A DNA stretch of 64,000 nt, taken from positions 17,174,995-17,238,994 of the forward strand of contig OZ037765.1 of NCBI GenBank assembly GCA_964035545.1, in the 5' to 3' direction. This document shows positions 12,993-26,952 of the stretch, piece by piece; the stretch's first letter is position 1; every line of letters begins with the position of its first letter. Position numbers and translations under genes: made by a program. Source of the DNA: Bugula neritina (lineage: Eukaryota; Animalia; Bryozoa). The notes beneath the pieces were generated by a model. The model saw only the letters and a list, made by a program, of their open reading frames with translations, did not search any database and was not told where the DNA came from.

Positions 12993-15900
12993 TCAATAGG
13001 CTGTAGCAGCATAGTCTACCTCGTCTGTTATAGATGACACCTTGGGTGGAGGTGTCTGACTTGGTGATGTGCTAGATTGGCTCCCAGTTATCACTCTCGC
13101 CTGCATTAGTAATCATTGCATATTAGTAGAATAATCGGCATGTGTTGAGAAGAATGACATAATTAGAGGACAAAGGTGACTCATTTCTACAGTGAATTTA
13201 ACAACCTTAAATACAAACTTTAATATTGCTTCTTCATATACGATTTGTTTTATTAATTGAAACGCAGATGAAACAAAACAAACCTATTGTTTAAAATATA
13301 AATTTTTATAGCGGCTTCAAAATCAAACCACAAGAAAAACTCCACAATGACATATGCAACAAAAAAGGCAGTTGACAACTAACATTGAAATTGCTACTTT
13401 TATGCTACATGGCTGAATATTGAACTCATTTCAAACTTATAATTGACAGTCAATATTATATTATATGCACCAGCACAACTCCAAATTTAAGCTATTGCTA
13501 GCTTACAGTCTTAGAATGGGAAAAAAAGAATTTTTAAACAGCTTACAGCTGCCGAAAAACCAAGACAAAAGTAAATGTTTGGTAGGACCTGTGCTGGTGC
13601 TGGTAAACAAACAAATAGCTGAACAAATCACAGAATTACAATAACTGATAGGTGTTTAGAATGACCTTGCTCTTGTTCAATGACCTCTGTTTGCTATAAT
13701 TATATGAGTATAACTAAATAATGGTGGCTACCAAGTAAATGTAAAGCAGTATATACTAGATAGTCACTATTATTATTGCACATGATTATTACATGATTAT
13801 GTAATATGCAGCATATAATTAAATATGCAGCAATAAAGTGAAATCTACTTCCACAATAGACTAACAGCTATAATTGGAGGAAGGTGAGGGTGGGAGATAA
13901 TAAAGATGCCACAACAATTAGTTTACATGTACAAATTATTAGCCTACAAACTGACTTTAAAACACTGTAATTTGCTCTTTTGAAAATTACATGCTTAGTT
14001 ACACAAACAAATACCAATTAATGGTTAGATAACAGCACAATATAAATATATACCTCCAAAGGCAGCGCAAATAGCGACTTAGATTTCTAAAATTAGAAAT
14101 AAATTTAGCCACATAATTGAGAGCCATCTTGTAGGTTGCAGCCAATTATACCACTCTGCACTTCATTGGTGTCGCTACCTTGCTTGGAAATTTAGTTAGT
14201 ACGACTGCACTCAGAATAGACACATGAAAAGTTGCCTGACATAGCTGAAAATAGTCAGTACTGAAAGTTGCCTCCTTCTCTAGAAAATCTATGCATTCCT
14301 ATTTAATGGAATGTCACACATCCACCTCATGTAATAGTCACTTGCATTCCTGCTCTAGCAAATACCAGTAAAATATTGTGACATAACAAAACTCTGGAAT
14401 TGGTAAAAGAAAAGCATACACCATGCTTGGGGTTTGATCAAATACTTGAAACACACTCATAGAAAGTGTAGCCCTAATAACATGGTAATTATAATAGTTT
14501 TATATAATGCAGAAGGTGACAACTGCAGGTTTATTGTTAGGCCCGGTGTAGCACATATCCTCCATTAACTTTGACTAATGAGGCTCTGAAATACTAACTC
14601 AATAAAGGCACCAAAAAGCAGCATATTTTTAATGAAATCAAGAAGTAGTAAGCAGTTTCATTGCTTGTGTTTTGGAGGAAATCATAAATGAAACTTTCTC
14701 ACTCCAGTGGCCTTTTGAAAAACTTTATAGGCTTTTTGGCAACTGTATCACTTTTATTTTTGAAAGTGGAATAGTTACAAAGAGATAGACATCTATAATA
14801 GGAAGCTGCAAATCTTAATTAGAATCAACAGAATTTGTAATAAGCCACAAAGTTGTTCTGACTGATCCATCTTTTTCTAACTAATAATAATGTGCCTGTG
14901 TGTTAGTAAATAGTTAGAGAGCTCTATAAAGTTGTCAGGTAGCTTTTCTATAAAAAAATAGTCTTTCTGTCTACAACCTCTGGCCATAAATGTTGGTTAA
15001 CATATGAATCAATTTGAGTCAATGGCCAAGCCATTTACAAACTGTTTTATATACCAAATCTTTTAATACTCTATTTGATTCTATAAAACATAAAACAAGT
15101 TTTACAAAAAAAATTTAACAGAAAAGCAATGTTGAAAAGTTGAAAACAGAAATGTTTAGCTGATATTTATTTCTACATATTATACTCAACATATTAAAAC
15201 GTACCCTATATATGTTACAATTTGCAGTGCGTGTGTTCATTTGATGTGTAAACCAGAATGAAGTATTTGGGAGTGTTGGCTCATTGAACTAGAACTTTCT
15301 ATGTGTTTCAGTGAGTAAACCAACAATTAAGTCTAGATGATAACATAAGCATAGTTATATTATAACTATATTTCTATCTCGTCATACACACCTAATGAAA
15401 AGGGTTGATAATTTATGAAGTTTAGTAGGGAACATGTGTTTTCCATGGATAGACAACTCATAAAATGCAGTTTCTAGAATATGTTTCATAATAACAGCTG
15501 ATGCATTGCTGCTAATATGCAGATTGCGCAATTATTTTATAACCCTCTAATTCTATCTACATATGCAATCTCAATAATATCAACTATACATATATTAACT
15601 GAATACATAATACTCTGCTCATGCTGTACACATATAATATATATACTATAGAAGGTATAATGAAATTACTATTATAGTAACAATATTATCTGAAAGCTAA
15701 TCAACTCATTACAAAATTCAACAATGGTGTAGGTTATTGATAGAAATCTGACACTGTTCTGCGTCAACCTACCTCAAAGTATTGTTTTACTGGGCATGTG
15801 TACATCATATTATTAAAATGTTTAACAAGATTTCATGATGAGTACTGCAAGCAGAAACAATCTTGGTGTAAAATGATATAAAGTTATTGAAGAATATCAA

Positions 15901-18900
15901 TATGATAATTATAGAATACATAAGCTACTTTTAGTTTTATTTGTATAGATTAGAAGAGCATCAAAGCTTCAAAAGAACTAATAGTTGTGGACATGTAGTG
16001 TAAAGTTGTATGAATAGTATTTAGTAGGAAAGGGGTTCACAAAATCATCTCCCTTACCTTAACATTGCTTATTGAAGACCCAATACTCTCCCCTATTCGT
16101 GATCTGTAATAATTAAATATATTGACAGTTATAAAACTATTTGTACATAACCCTACAATTTATTTACGATTAATATGCAGCTGACCTAGTCAACTAAATA
16201 AACATCATAACACACTGTTGATTCAACCAAATACATTTCTTCAGAATCCACTAGAATGAGTTCAGAAGAAATCGACTAGAACATGGTTTACTATTTTGGA
16301 ATGTTGAAAAATAAAACAGAAAGTAAAGAATCGATTAAACTGACACTTCAACCAGGCATGGCAAAAGTAAAATATTGCGAGTGCATGCGTGTACAGGTAT
16401 AATATGCAGAGCAATAACTATTTGAATAGAGGTTGAAAAAAAGTTAATGTCTTACCTAACATCACCGAACCTTTTACCAAATGTGGAAAAAGCTGCGCTA
16501 GTTCGTTCTCCAGCAGACTTGAATGCTTGGTTTGTTTTTAAAATTCTACAAAATACATAGGGTATATAAAGATATTATTATGAATAATAATAATGTTATA
16601 CGAAATTAGCCATGTTTGAGCAGGACTTGCCTATATATGATCAACAGAAGATTTCTAAAATGTGTTATAAATGTTTGTAAAGCTTTTACAACACTTTCAC
16701 ATCATATCCATGTCAACAATTTCTCTATTACTTGCAATTAATTTCTTTATAATGCCATCTGTCTACTAACTGGATATGCATGTACATGTAGCAACTTTGA
16801 CACTTCCATCATATTATAATGGTACTCCTTATTATTCCTACTATAACTGCTTGAGATATAATTATTCAATTATTATATCTGAAAGTTTTAGATGCAAATG
16901 AAAAATAATAAGATATATTCCTGGGCAAAATTTACTAATGACTGTAACATTTACCATGCAAGAGGAAAATGCAGGGATCAGTCATTTCTTTGCATCACTA
17001 ATTACAATGATTTTATTATTGGTTTAAATGAAAACTTTGTAAAATAAGCTTAATATGTAAATAATAGGCTCTGATGCTGTATTGCTAATAACCAATATAG
17101 TCAATCTAGATACATCTTTATAACTGCTGCTAATTGTAGAGAACATGGCATCATTAAACTAGCAAATGGGCTAGCATTGGATACAAGTATAGTTGGAAAA
17201 CTCAGTTTAACTTGAGGGAAGTGGCACCAATACTGTAACAGTTTCTATTGTATATACTGCATCATCACATCTTGAATTTTTAATTTCTCACTGTATAATA
17301 ATGGTCTTATGAAAACAGCATAGGATGATATATAAGCTATGAAACATTATTATTAGTGCTAAAGTGCATGCATATTCCCACCATTCATCAAACTATTGGG
17401 ATTTATGAACACATTTGTATAATTGAAATAAACAAACTAGAATATATACTGCATATACTGAAACAATGTTCAAATGCATTGTTTTGAATATATTGCAGAC
17501 AGCTGATAACTGACTGCTACTTAGAGCTCATGAGATGAGCAAAATATATACATGCAGACTGAAAGACAAAGATACTACAAGATATGTCATCAAATCAATA
17601 TTTGCATCTAGAAGTGAAGGAGGTAGAAACTCTCAACAAATCAATAAAATGTTCAATAGAACTTACTGCTATCTTGTTACTAGATACTCTATTAAAAATA
17701 ATAATATAAACTTTTATGGTAAAGTTATACAGCAAAGCTAAATTCCTAACATAAGGTGCAAATGAATAGGCCTATTCAACATTCTTAGTATTTGATATAG
17801 TAGCACTGAGTTCCTAGCCCACAGTGGAATGGAATGCCTAATACACTACTACTCTCTTTTGATGAAACTATTTTTTTTAGCCCAGATATTTCAAGAATTA
17901 GTTGTTTGGGGGTTTGTGCATACAGCTGCCTAAGTTAGTAGATATTCAACTTAAGCAACAATGCCTAATACTCAAACTGCACTTACCCCAAAACTAAAGG
18001 CTGAGAAAATTAGAAATTTCAAACAGTAATTACGCATGTAGGAACTTATTTGGAAATGCATTTCCAACAAGGTGCAGGCTAACTAAGCCACTGTCAGTTA
18101 CTATACTTTAGATACTTTACAACTTACACCTCAGACTCTTGTAAGTGCTTTACCTTCTCCTTTACATCTGTCACTATGTTGTAACCTAAAGTTTTCTTCA
18201 GTTCAGCAGCTCTTTTTTGACGGGAATTCAGAACTACACGGAGTGTTTTTATTTCAGCTTCTACCTAAAATACGAGAAATAAGCTGGATTAGCTTAAATT
18301 TATAAATTTTAAAGTTTGAAAATCTAATTGAATATAAAATCAACTATTTACTTTCAATTATATAAATTTCCCATATCAAAGTATTCATTATGATATAATA
18401 TAATGATAATAAATGTATTTTAATTTAGCAGGATCTGTGTTAATAAACTTTTAGCAAAATTTTGTCAAAAGTCACTTTTATTTTGACAACATATTGACTG
18501 GAGAACCGACTGTACAGTGCAAAGTCTTACATTATATAATTCAACTGTAGCACCAGTATTTTGTATACACAATATGTCAATCTTGCTTGTGCATACTGCA
18601 GTATGGTATATGCATACATGCATATACCATATACCATATTAATACAGATAACCATAGTTTACCTTAACCAATTCTTCTTGAAGAGCCTCTCTCTGAAGTT
18701 GACTGTCTTCTTCAGCACTTGTGTTTTCTTTGTTATCTACAACATTGTATGATCTATGCTACAAACATCAGTGGAGAGAAATACAGCTCTGAGCTACATA
18801 ATATACTGTTACAAGCCAAGCAGAGCACTTGCCAACAATTATTGATGTCGCCATTACTCAAGTAAATGAGTGAAGATGCTGGTTTATGTAGCTTAGAGGT

Positions 18901-21548
18901 TTTCAGTCTTGCTTAATTTCACAGACAAATGACTTATCGGTTAAAAACATCTACTGAAACTGATTAGGTTCAACAAAATGCAAGCGTGTGCCAATTGCAA
19001 GACATGTTCCTGAATGGACAATATAACACAATATAACTTTACTAGTCATTGAATTTTACACTCTTCTTCTGGTGGTACTCTAGATGAGGTCTAGATTCCC
19101 ACTGCTGCTGCATATTCACATTAGTGAGTTTGTGTTGATTTTACTAATAATAAATTAATATGATCAACAGAAGTATAATTACAAATGATGGTGATTACCC
19201 TATTCCAAACTTTTAAGCTAACTTAATAGTATGCTTACTAAATGTATTTTCAGCAATAGGTAAATTTATATTGTAAAAGCAGTCATCATTTATTTCTTTA
19301 TATAATATCTAAATTTTTTAAGCTAAACGTTTTACTTTATTGAAATAGCTAGATAATGCAAAAATATAATAATCATAAAAAGTACTTGATATTTTATTGA
19401 AAAAAAGTGTTATATAAAACAATAGTAAAATTAAAAATATGTGTTTGCAATGTAAAGCAGCTATGTCAATAGCACATCTAATTTTGATGAATGTAATGCT
19501 TCCAATTGTGCTACATATCAAAGTTATTTTGTTGACATACATAATATCAAGTTGACAACAGAACAAATTAAATTGTCAATAAATCATCAATAAACAAAAT
19601 TGTTAAATAGAATAAAAATACCAAAGAATAATTCACAGGTTAATTACATAATCGTCATTTTTATTGATTCAATAAAAATGAATCAATTCAGAGCAATCAG
19701 TATGTCAATATCTATATATGTATGTACCTAAACTTTTTACTGTTATGCTACTAAAATAAAAAGCATCAGAGATATTAAATCAAGAAGCTGCTTCTATACA
19801 AAAAGGAAACAATGACTATATAAACCGAGTATTCAAGTTGACATTTTCACTATAAGATATTTTCCACTGACCAATGGAGATGCATTGCAAGTGCTTTGTT
19901 GAAAGTGTTTCCTTAAGTTAGAAGTTCAGCTGTTTTATGCAGAATTAAAGCGCTGACTGGACACCGCAGGAAGTTCCTGCACAGTGATCTAATTGGCTGA
20001 TCACTATTGAACCTGCTACTTTTCATTTCATTTATTGCATTCCATTGTTCAGAATAGAGTAACTTAAGTCTCAAAATGAAATAATTTATAAAGTGGCATT
20101 CGAGACCCTAGCAAATACACTTGGTCACTCTATATTTTCAATGGCAGTGTGTTGTGTGTGGCAGGCAACTCTTTCACCTGATTTATCTACATAATTACGC
20201 ATCATGTAGCACCTTAATACTTAATACTTTTGCGATACAAGGCTAGATTATCTAGTAGATAGTTTTTAAAAGTATTTATTTAACTTTTTCGTACTGACAG
20301 CAGCTAACAATAAATGCAAATCTGGCATTTAGTATAAATTAAACTTTGAAGTTATACTATAGTGGTTAAGGTGCAAGTATAAATATTTTTGGTGCTAAAC
20401 AAAACTTTCTGTGACAAGCTGAACCTACTTGTATTTGGTCGCTCTCCTGTCTCTTTGTCATTCAGTTCTTTATCTTCCTCTTCGTCTTTATCATAGCTGT
20501 CTGTGTGAACAAGTGTTAGATAATGACTAAAATTGTTATCAGTAGCAACTTGCGGAGTAGAAGCTTCGTCCTCCATTATATAACAATGTAGTCACAAGTT
20601 GAAATAGTAAAAAGATAGCAGTGGCTGAGCATCAATAGTTTATGTATCTATGAAGAACTTAGCAAGCCCTGTATGCCGAGACGCCAAGCTGATTAACTGT
20701 ATGACACTCAGCACCACTTTAATAATTAGCAAAATCAATTATTCAAGCAGGGTGCTGAACTAGTGTAGCATAAAGTATAGATGAAATGATACAGCATAAT
20801 ATAATATGCTACAGTAATCATATCTGCTGTGTTCTGTGTGGTAGAGGATATCTCTCTAGGGAAAGCGCTATACTGGACCTGTTTCCAAATAACTAATATT
20901 TACTAACACTTAAACTATTGCATTTCCGGAATATGCAACAGGATGCTGGTGAATCACCAGTTCTGACCAGATTTTATTCTGAGTGTTTTTGATATCAAAT
21001 ATTCTAAATAAGCTTCTATAGTTTAGTTTCGAAGTATATAGAAAATGAAGATTTATGTACACTGGAAAACATTGAAAATTGCTCAATTTTTTAATCTAAA
21101 TTGCTAAAATTGAAGGTTGGCAGCATTCATTATAGCTCGGCAACTACCTGTGTAGGCTTTATACAGCAAAAAATTACTTTAGCCTAAAATATCTTATCAC
21201 AAAATAACAATAATTATTGGTACATTCAGCAAAAATATCTCCAACTTGGCATAATAGATTCAACTACAATTCTTTTATTTTGCTTCAAATTTTCATTCAA
21301 AACCCGCTGTTTCTACCACAAATATACCTTTGCTGCAGATGTTTGCACTTAACTTTGCAAAACTCTTATTTTATTTTACTATGTGCATAGATGTTATATA
21401 ATTAGCTATATTTCTTAGATTAGTGTTTGGGTTTGGAGCACGTATTATTTTGCTTTATCTCATGCTACAAATATTCATTACTAAAGAGAGTTTTACCTTG
21501 AGGTGCAGTTGCTACCACAGTATCACTTGAGTACTGAGATCTGTCCAT
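12993..21548 (-). CDS. TPD52: Tumor protein D52 family protein (~168 aa)
   Basis: Exons 21548-21497 (MDRSQYSSDTVVATAPQ), 18736-18663, 18264-18128 (VEAEIKTLRVVLNSRQKRAAELKKTLG), 16545-16456 (KTNQAFKSAGERTSAAFSTFGKRFGDVR), 16103-16058, 13100-12993 (TGA). Phases are consistent, the total is 507 nt, and the D52 coiled-coil motifs are recognisable. Confidence 0.85.
20429..20576 (-). CDS. TPD52: Alternative acidic first coding exon of TPD52 (MEDEASTPQ...ERPNT)
   Basis: ATG-initiated 148-nt open segment ending at a phase-1 donor (A|GTAGG), compatible with the phase-1 acceptor at 18736. Confidence 0.6.
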
Positions 21549-23589
21549 GCTATACCAAGAGAATTGCTGCTAATTGATAATAGAATATAGTTTAACTACT
21601 AGCTACTTTGACTCCAGTGAAATATAGTACCACTGAAGTATCACATGCAAGAATTCTGATGGTACTAATTTATCAATTACTAGTATGATAAAATAGCAAA
21701 CAATTGAGAGCTCTCAGGCCAACGCTCTAATGCTATTGAGCAGACAGAATGCAATCTTGATAAAAAATTGATAACTGTGATTGCATTATTTCATAGAAAT
21801 CACATGCACTACTACATTAACTATTATAATCAGCAGTTTTTTATTGGGGTGAAGTACTGTATATGTATGGAAAATATACCTCAAACAATTCAATCAAATA
21901 CCTGGTCATGCGGACTTTGACTTTTTCTTATAGATTTAAGGTTTTTGATTTAGTGTATCACCTGATTTTGAAACAGCAAAATATGAGCGTTAAAACTCAG
22001 AGCTTGTTGAAACTAGTAAAGATGGCCATATCTCGTTACTTAGTTTAAGTTTGTAGAATGTAAGAAAATAGTCACAATCCAGAAAATTTATTTTCCAAAT
22101 TTTAAGCTAGTGCTTATCTTTGTGAGTCGAATTATATTTATACACACTGGGATAAAATATGGGCAAATTATGAATTTGTAACATCTTCAATTTCTATGTA
22201 CACTAATAATCTACTCCTTTACACTTCTGAATAGGTTAGGAAAGCATACCTCTTGCATCTGACTTTTACATCAGATCAGTTATAACACTGAAAGGCCCAA
22301 TTTTACAGTTGGCCAAATTAGAATCTAAATAATATACCATCAGTGAAAAATGAATTCATGTGATGTTGCAGTATTTTTAAAGCTGTTACAGTAATTTTAC
22401 AAAGAATGTATAAGCATCATGGGTGTTTCATCCTATTTGTAAGTATCAAAAAAAAATTTTTTTCTACTGCTTACATTAACACTAATGCATTTTAACTGGG
22501 TAGATATATACTGTATTATTATCTAGTTATAAATATTTATATACATACTTTTCTTGTAAACTCTCAAGTCTAAACCGTGCAACAAATAAGAATAAAATAC
22601 ATGACGCAGTTAGCCATGAGGTGATAACTCTAAAATAAATGCCAAATTCATATTTTTTCTACATGTATACAAATGTCTACATGTATATTTCTTATTGTTT
22701 TGGCAATCAGTGGTTCTTAATTAGACGCCGTTATGCTTTAGTTTGCTTAACAAAACATTTTGCCTTTTCTACTATTACATTATCGGCGTGAGTATTAACC
22801 ACAACAGTTGTAATCAGTGATCACCCAAAAGCATAGCCTTCCATTTTAAATTACACAGTCATCTGGTAGTCTTATGCGAACATTTGCCAAATTTAAATGC
22901 TGTGCTTTAACGTCAATCAATTTTATGGAAATATTCCTTTTAAAATAGAAAATATTTTCTGTGAGAAATCTTTTCATACTTAGAACAGTTGAGTATAATC
23001 TAGAGTATTAATAATAATAGTTATATATACACACACATGATCTCTCCTTCATAACTAGCTATTATATGCTCAGACATTCATGTTCACTGATCAATGGTTC
23101 TAGCTATTCGCCATATCCTTTCAAGCCACATGGCAGTGATTTATATGAATTAGCTGGAACTGATTCAAATGGAGGTCAATGCTGGCAGACAGACACTTGA
23201 GTTGTTGTTTGGAAGTTTTTGCATTATTAGCATTGCATACTCATTTTATTATACTAAATTACACTGAAAGAAAATAATCAAATTATTAATATTGTGATAC
23301 ATAAACTATATCATTTATAAGAAAAATATTAAAAACCACATAAACAATGCAATAATTTCTGACTGGGAAATAACATCAGCTAAAATCAACAAATTTATTT
23401 AAATGAATAAGTTTTACATACAAACCACTACTTCATTTATGAAAAAGTTGTAATTCAGTCAACTATTTAGTAAAACCAGATAACATATAAAATCATATTA
23501 TTCAACAGACATACACTTTGTATCAACATACAAAAACAATAACTTAAAGTTTGAATAATGGCAATTTGAATAGTTTTCTAAAAATTTAT

Positions 23590-26040
23590 TCAATCACTTT
23601 TTCCAGCTTTAGCTTTTTGAATGTTTCGTTTTCTTCTCTCATCCCTTTTTTGAGCTTTTTCTTTTGCTTCAATTTGTTTCGCTAACTTATATGATAAAAT
23701 AGCACTGGCTAAGAGAAATGGAGAGAGAAGTAGTACAAAATAGAAGATAAATTCATAGGGGTTTAATGCAGCATACTTGACTAAATCCAAAGCTCTTTCT
23801 TTCCAAAATTCCTTGTCAATCTGCAAATCCAAGATTGTGCATTATAAAAATTATTACAGCTCATGAATGAACAAGTAAATGTTTTGTCAGCTTAAAAATA
23901 TAATACTGCTAAAAATGTGCAGGAAACTAAATACTCAGATGTAATTTAAAATTTAGAACGAGTTCAATAAATAAACTTCAGTCTGAATGCAGCCAGTATG
24001 AAGCAGTAGAAACAGATTAGGGTTCAAATTTTGTTAGTCTGAGCCAGTCTGTCAACTCAATAGAGTAAGTCGATAGAAAAAAAGTCGCACTAATTACGGC
24101 TAAGTAGCTCATATACCAACGATAAAAAATTGCTTACTCACAATACAACTGCATTCTACTGGGATGTATAAAAAATATATTACTAGTAAGAAATCAAATA
24201 AAACTAGTACTGTCAGTACCCACATTAAATAATTCAAATTATCATTTTCAAATACCAGCAGTTGGTATATTAAGGTATTCGTAATTTCTAAACACGTAAA
24301 AAGTTACATTAAATCAATTTCAAACAACATCCACAGTATATATATAGTTGGACTATGAGTAAAAGTATTACTGTTAGACTTAGTTGTTACTTGTTATTTG
24401 TCAGTATTATCATTAGAATAAATATAACATTAGCATTACGACTAGTATTACTATTACTATTAGTATTAGTAATATAATCTAGAGATATTAACAATAACAA
24501 TAAGATTTGTATTAGACTATTAGTATTACTGTTATTATTATTTAAAAATTTAATTTTATAAACATTACTTATGTCTTATACTATAACTATATGCATAGTA
24601 GAAGTATACTGATTTATTTTTAATATTAGCATTTATTACCTATACCTGGGGGTTGTAATGCAGCCTAACCTTAAATTTGATCAGCATATTACACTTAAAA
24701 AGGATAAAGTCTCAAAAATTCTGGGAGGAATTAAACACATCCTACATGAGGCCCCTAGAGAAGGTAGGCTACTGGCTTACACTAGTTTGTGCCACCCCAT
24801 TCTCGCTATGCAGATGCCGTGTGGGATCCAACAGTAGCTAAAGACATTGAGTCTCTGGAAATGCTATATGTTTATTGCTGGATTAAGGGGACTAGAAAGT
24901 GTCACCAAGGTTTGCTCTAAGCTTGGCCTTCAGCCTCTCAAACAGAGACATATGACTCACTGACTAAATGTCCTTATGAAAACTTTGAAGTAAGAAGAAT
25001 AACACTCAATATTGGCAATGGTATACGATAAAACCACACGAGATGGCCAGCATATGGTAATAACCACTAGGTCTGCTGCTCACGGTGAACTAACATCTAT
25101 ATATGCAAACTCACAAGTATACCACGGTAGTAGTTTCTTACCAAGAACATTAGAGACACCAGAGGAGCCATATAAAAAAATCAACACAATTGCCACTTAA
25201 CCTGTAGTCCACACTGTAAAACAAGTGAGGCACTTCTATAACCTTTCAGTGTTTCCAAGTGTTCTAAGTCTCCAAAAGCATTTATATTATTATTAATTAT
25301 ACTATTAATTATATTTGTAACATAATAATAATCATAATAATAAACATTAATATAAATTAAAATAAAAATATAATTATTTTATCATTTTCATTTTTATTGA
25401 TTTACGACTATAACTATAAGCCTAAGTATAAGATTAAGTATAAATATAAGTATAAAATTATAATAATAACTATTACAGTAATACTAATAATATTACTATT
25501 AGTTTAACTTTAGGTTTTACTAATAATATAAGTATAAAATAAAAATTTATATTACTATTACTATTAGCTTTAATCTTAGTCTTAGCCCTTAACTCTTAAT
25601 CTTATTACTTGTTAGCATATAATAAATATGATAATAATAAATATAATAATAATAATTACTATTAGTATTAGTATTATATTTAACTTCATAACCATAATAA
25701 ATAATAATACTAAGTCTAATAACTAATAACTAATAGTAATACTAATACTAATAGTAATAATAATAATAAGTTTAACTTCAACTTCAAGTAAAATTTAGTA
25801 CTATTGTTAGTCAGTTACTGTTACTGTTAGTCATAATGTTACTGTAGGTGTAAGTATAACACTAACACTAACAGTAAGTGTAACACTAACAGTAACTCAA
25901 ACTGGAACTGTTGGACTTGGAAACTGAAAATAAAACTTAGTCTTATACTTATAGTTATACTTATAGTTATAGTTAATGTTATAGTATTAGTTAATAGTTA
26001 TACTTTTAGTAAAAGTAAAACCAACCGTTAAATATTCCAT
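23590..26040 (-). CDS. SMIM15: Small integral membrane protein 15 (81 aa, 2 coding exons)
   Basis: Exon 26040-26026 (MEYLT|gttggt) plus exon 23820-23590 (tttgcag|IDKEFWKERALDLVKYAALNPYEFIFYFVLLLSPFLLASAILSYKLAKQIEAKEK...KSD*). Matches the recalled SMIM15 pattern A..PY.F...LL.L.P..LASA.LS.KLAK.IEA.EK. The 'M' at 23832 in the ORF track is an intronic TTG. Confidence 0.9.
24643..25300 (+). mobile_element. 5'-truncated, frameshifted non-LTR retrotransposon (CR1/L2-group LINE) 3' end, in the SMIM15 intron, antisense
   Basis: Translates YLGVVMQPNLKFDQHITLKKDKVSKILGGIKHILHEAPREGRLLAYTSLCHPIL/YADAVWDPTVAKDIESLEM...SFLPRT, the typical post-RT C-terminal region of CR1-group ORF2. Followed by a (TAT)n-like tail. 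Confidence 0.8.
25300..26020. repeat. Hexamer-periodic ACT/AGT-rich low-complexity tract, SMIM15 intron 1
   Basis: e.g. TAATAC TAATAC TAATAG, TAACAC TAACAC TAACAG TAAGTG TAACAC TAACAG, TTATAC TTATAG TTATAC TTATAG. Confidence 0.7.
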
Positions 26041-26952
26041 AATGAAGCAGTAGAAAAACCAAAGATCTTAATATTTTCTTGAATTATTAACCGCCAAAAA
26101 TTTAATTTGACTGTGTTGATAAAACTAACAAGCAAAATGATCAATTGTCAATTAATGTTATATTAATTAGTATTACTGTCAAATCCAGCGGTTAACGAAA
26201 AACTTTCAAGTTGAATTCACCTCGCTGTGAATGATTACAGGAAATAGATTTTGTTAAGGCCACTATTAGCGTTAGATCTTTTTTAGACAACAATTCAATT
26301 TTATTTAACATTAAATTTGAAGACGGGTGGGCAGTGTGGTACATATACCACTCTGCGGGTGGGTAACCGCTACGTTGAGTTGACCTCATCCTTGTTTTTC
26401 AAACTGATGTAACACATTTCGGTTTTGTTAATAAATATATTTAATTACAATTTCTAAAAAAAATTTTTTTTGATGCATTTGTGTCAAATTTTTAAATAAA
26501 ATGTTTTTAATTAAATGTTTAAAAACAGTTTTGCTATTACAGTGGGGATAGATCTCGCTGACTGATAACAACCGGTTGGCAAATTTTTTTAATTTATATT
26601 ACGGAAATTTTGTTTACCCAACAACAAAGGGCGTAGTTTCAAACTGAATTTGGTTCGCTGAAATACTACCATTACTATATAAAAATTGGCAGTTTTTAGT
26701 TGGTGTAGATTGTTAACTTCTAAGTTGTTGTTACAAAGTTTATATTATAAAATTAAACTTAAAGTTAAACCAGAGAACGGGAGATAAAATCAAAAGTAAA
26801 AGTTGAAATTCTAATATATCACTACCACCAACAAAACGAATACCACTACTAGTGACAGTATTAATACGTCTACCATCTATAGAATTGTGAATTAAAAGTT
26901 ATATTATATTGCTTTTAATACTCGCTATTACTCGAAAAGTACAACCATCACA
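26041..26952. promoter_or_regulatory. Divergent (bidirectional) promoter region SMIM15/TBCA
   Basis: Head-to-head ATGs 912 bp apart, locally elevated CpG, and GC-box-like CGGGTGGG at 26324 and 26356. Confidence 0.6.
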
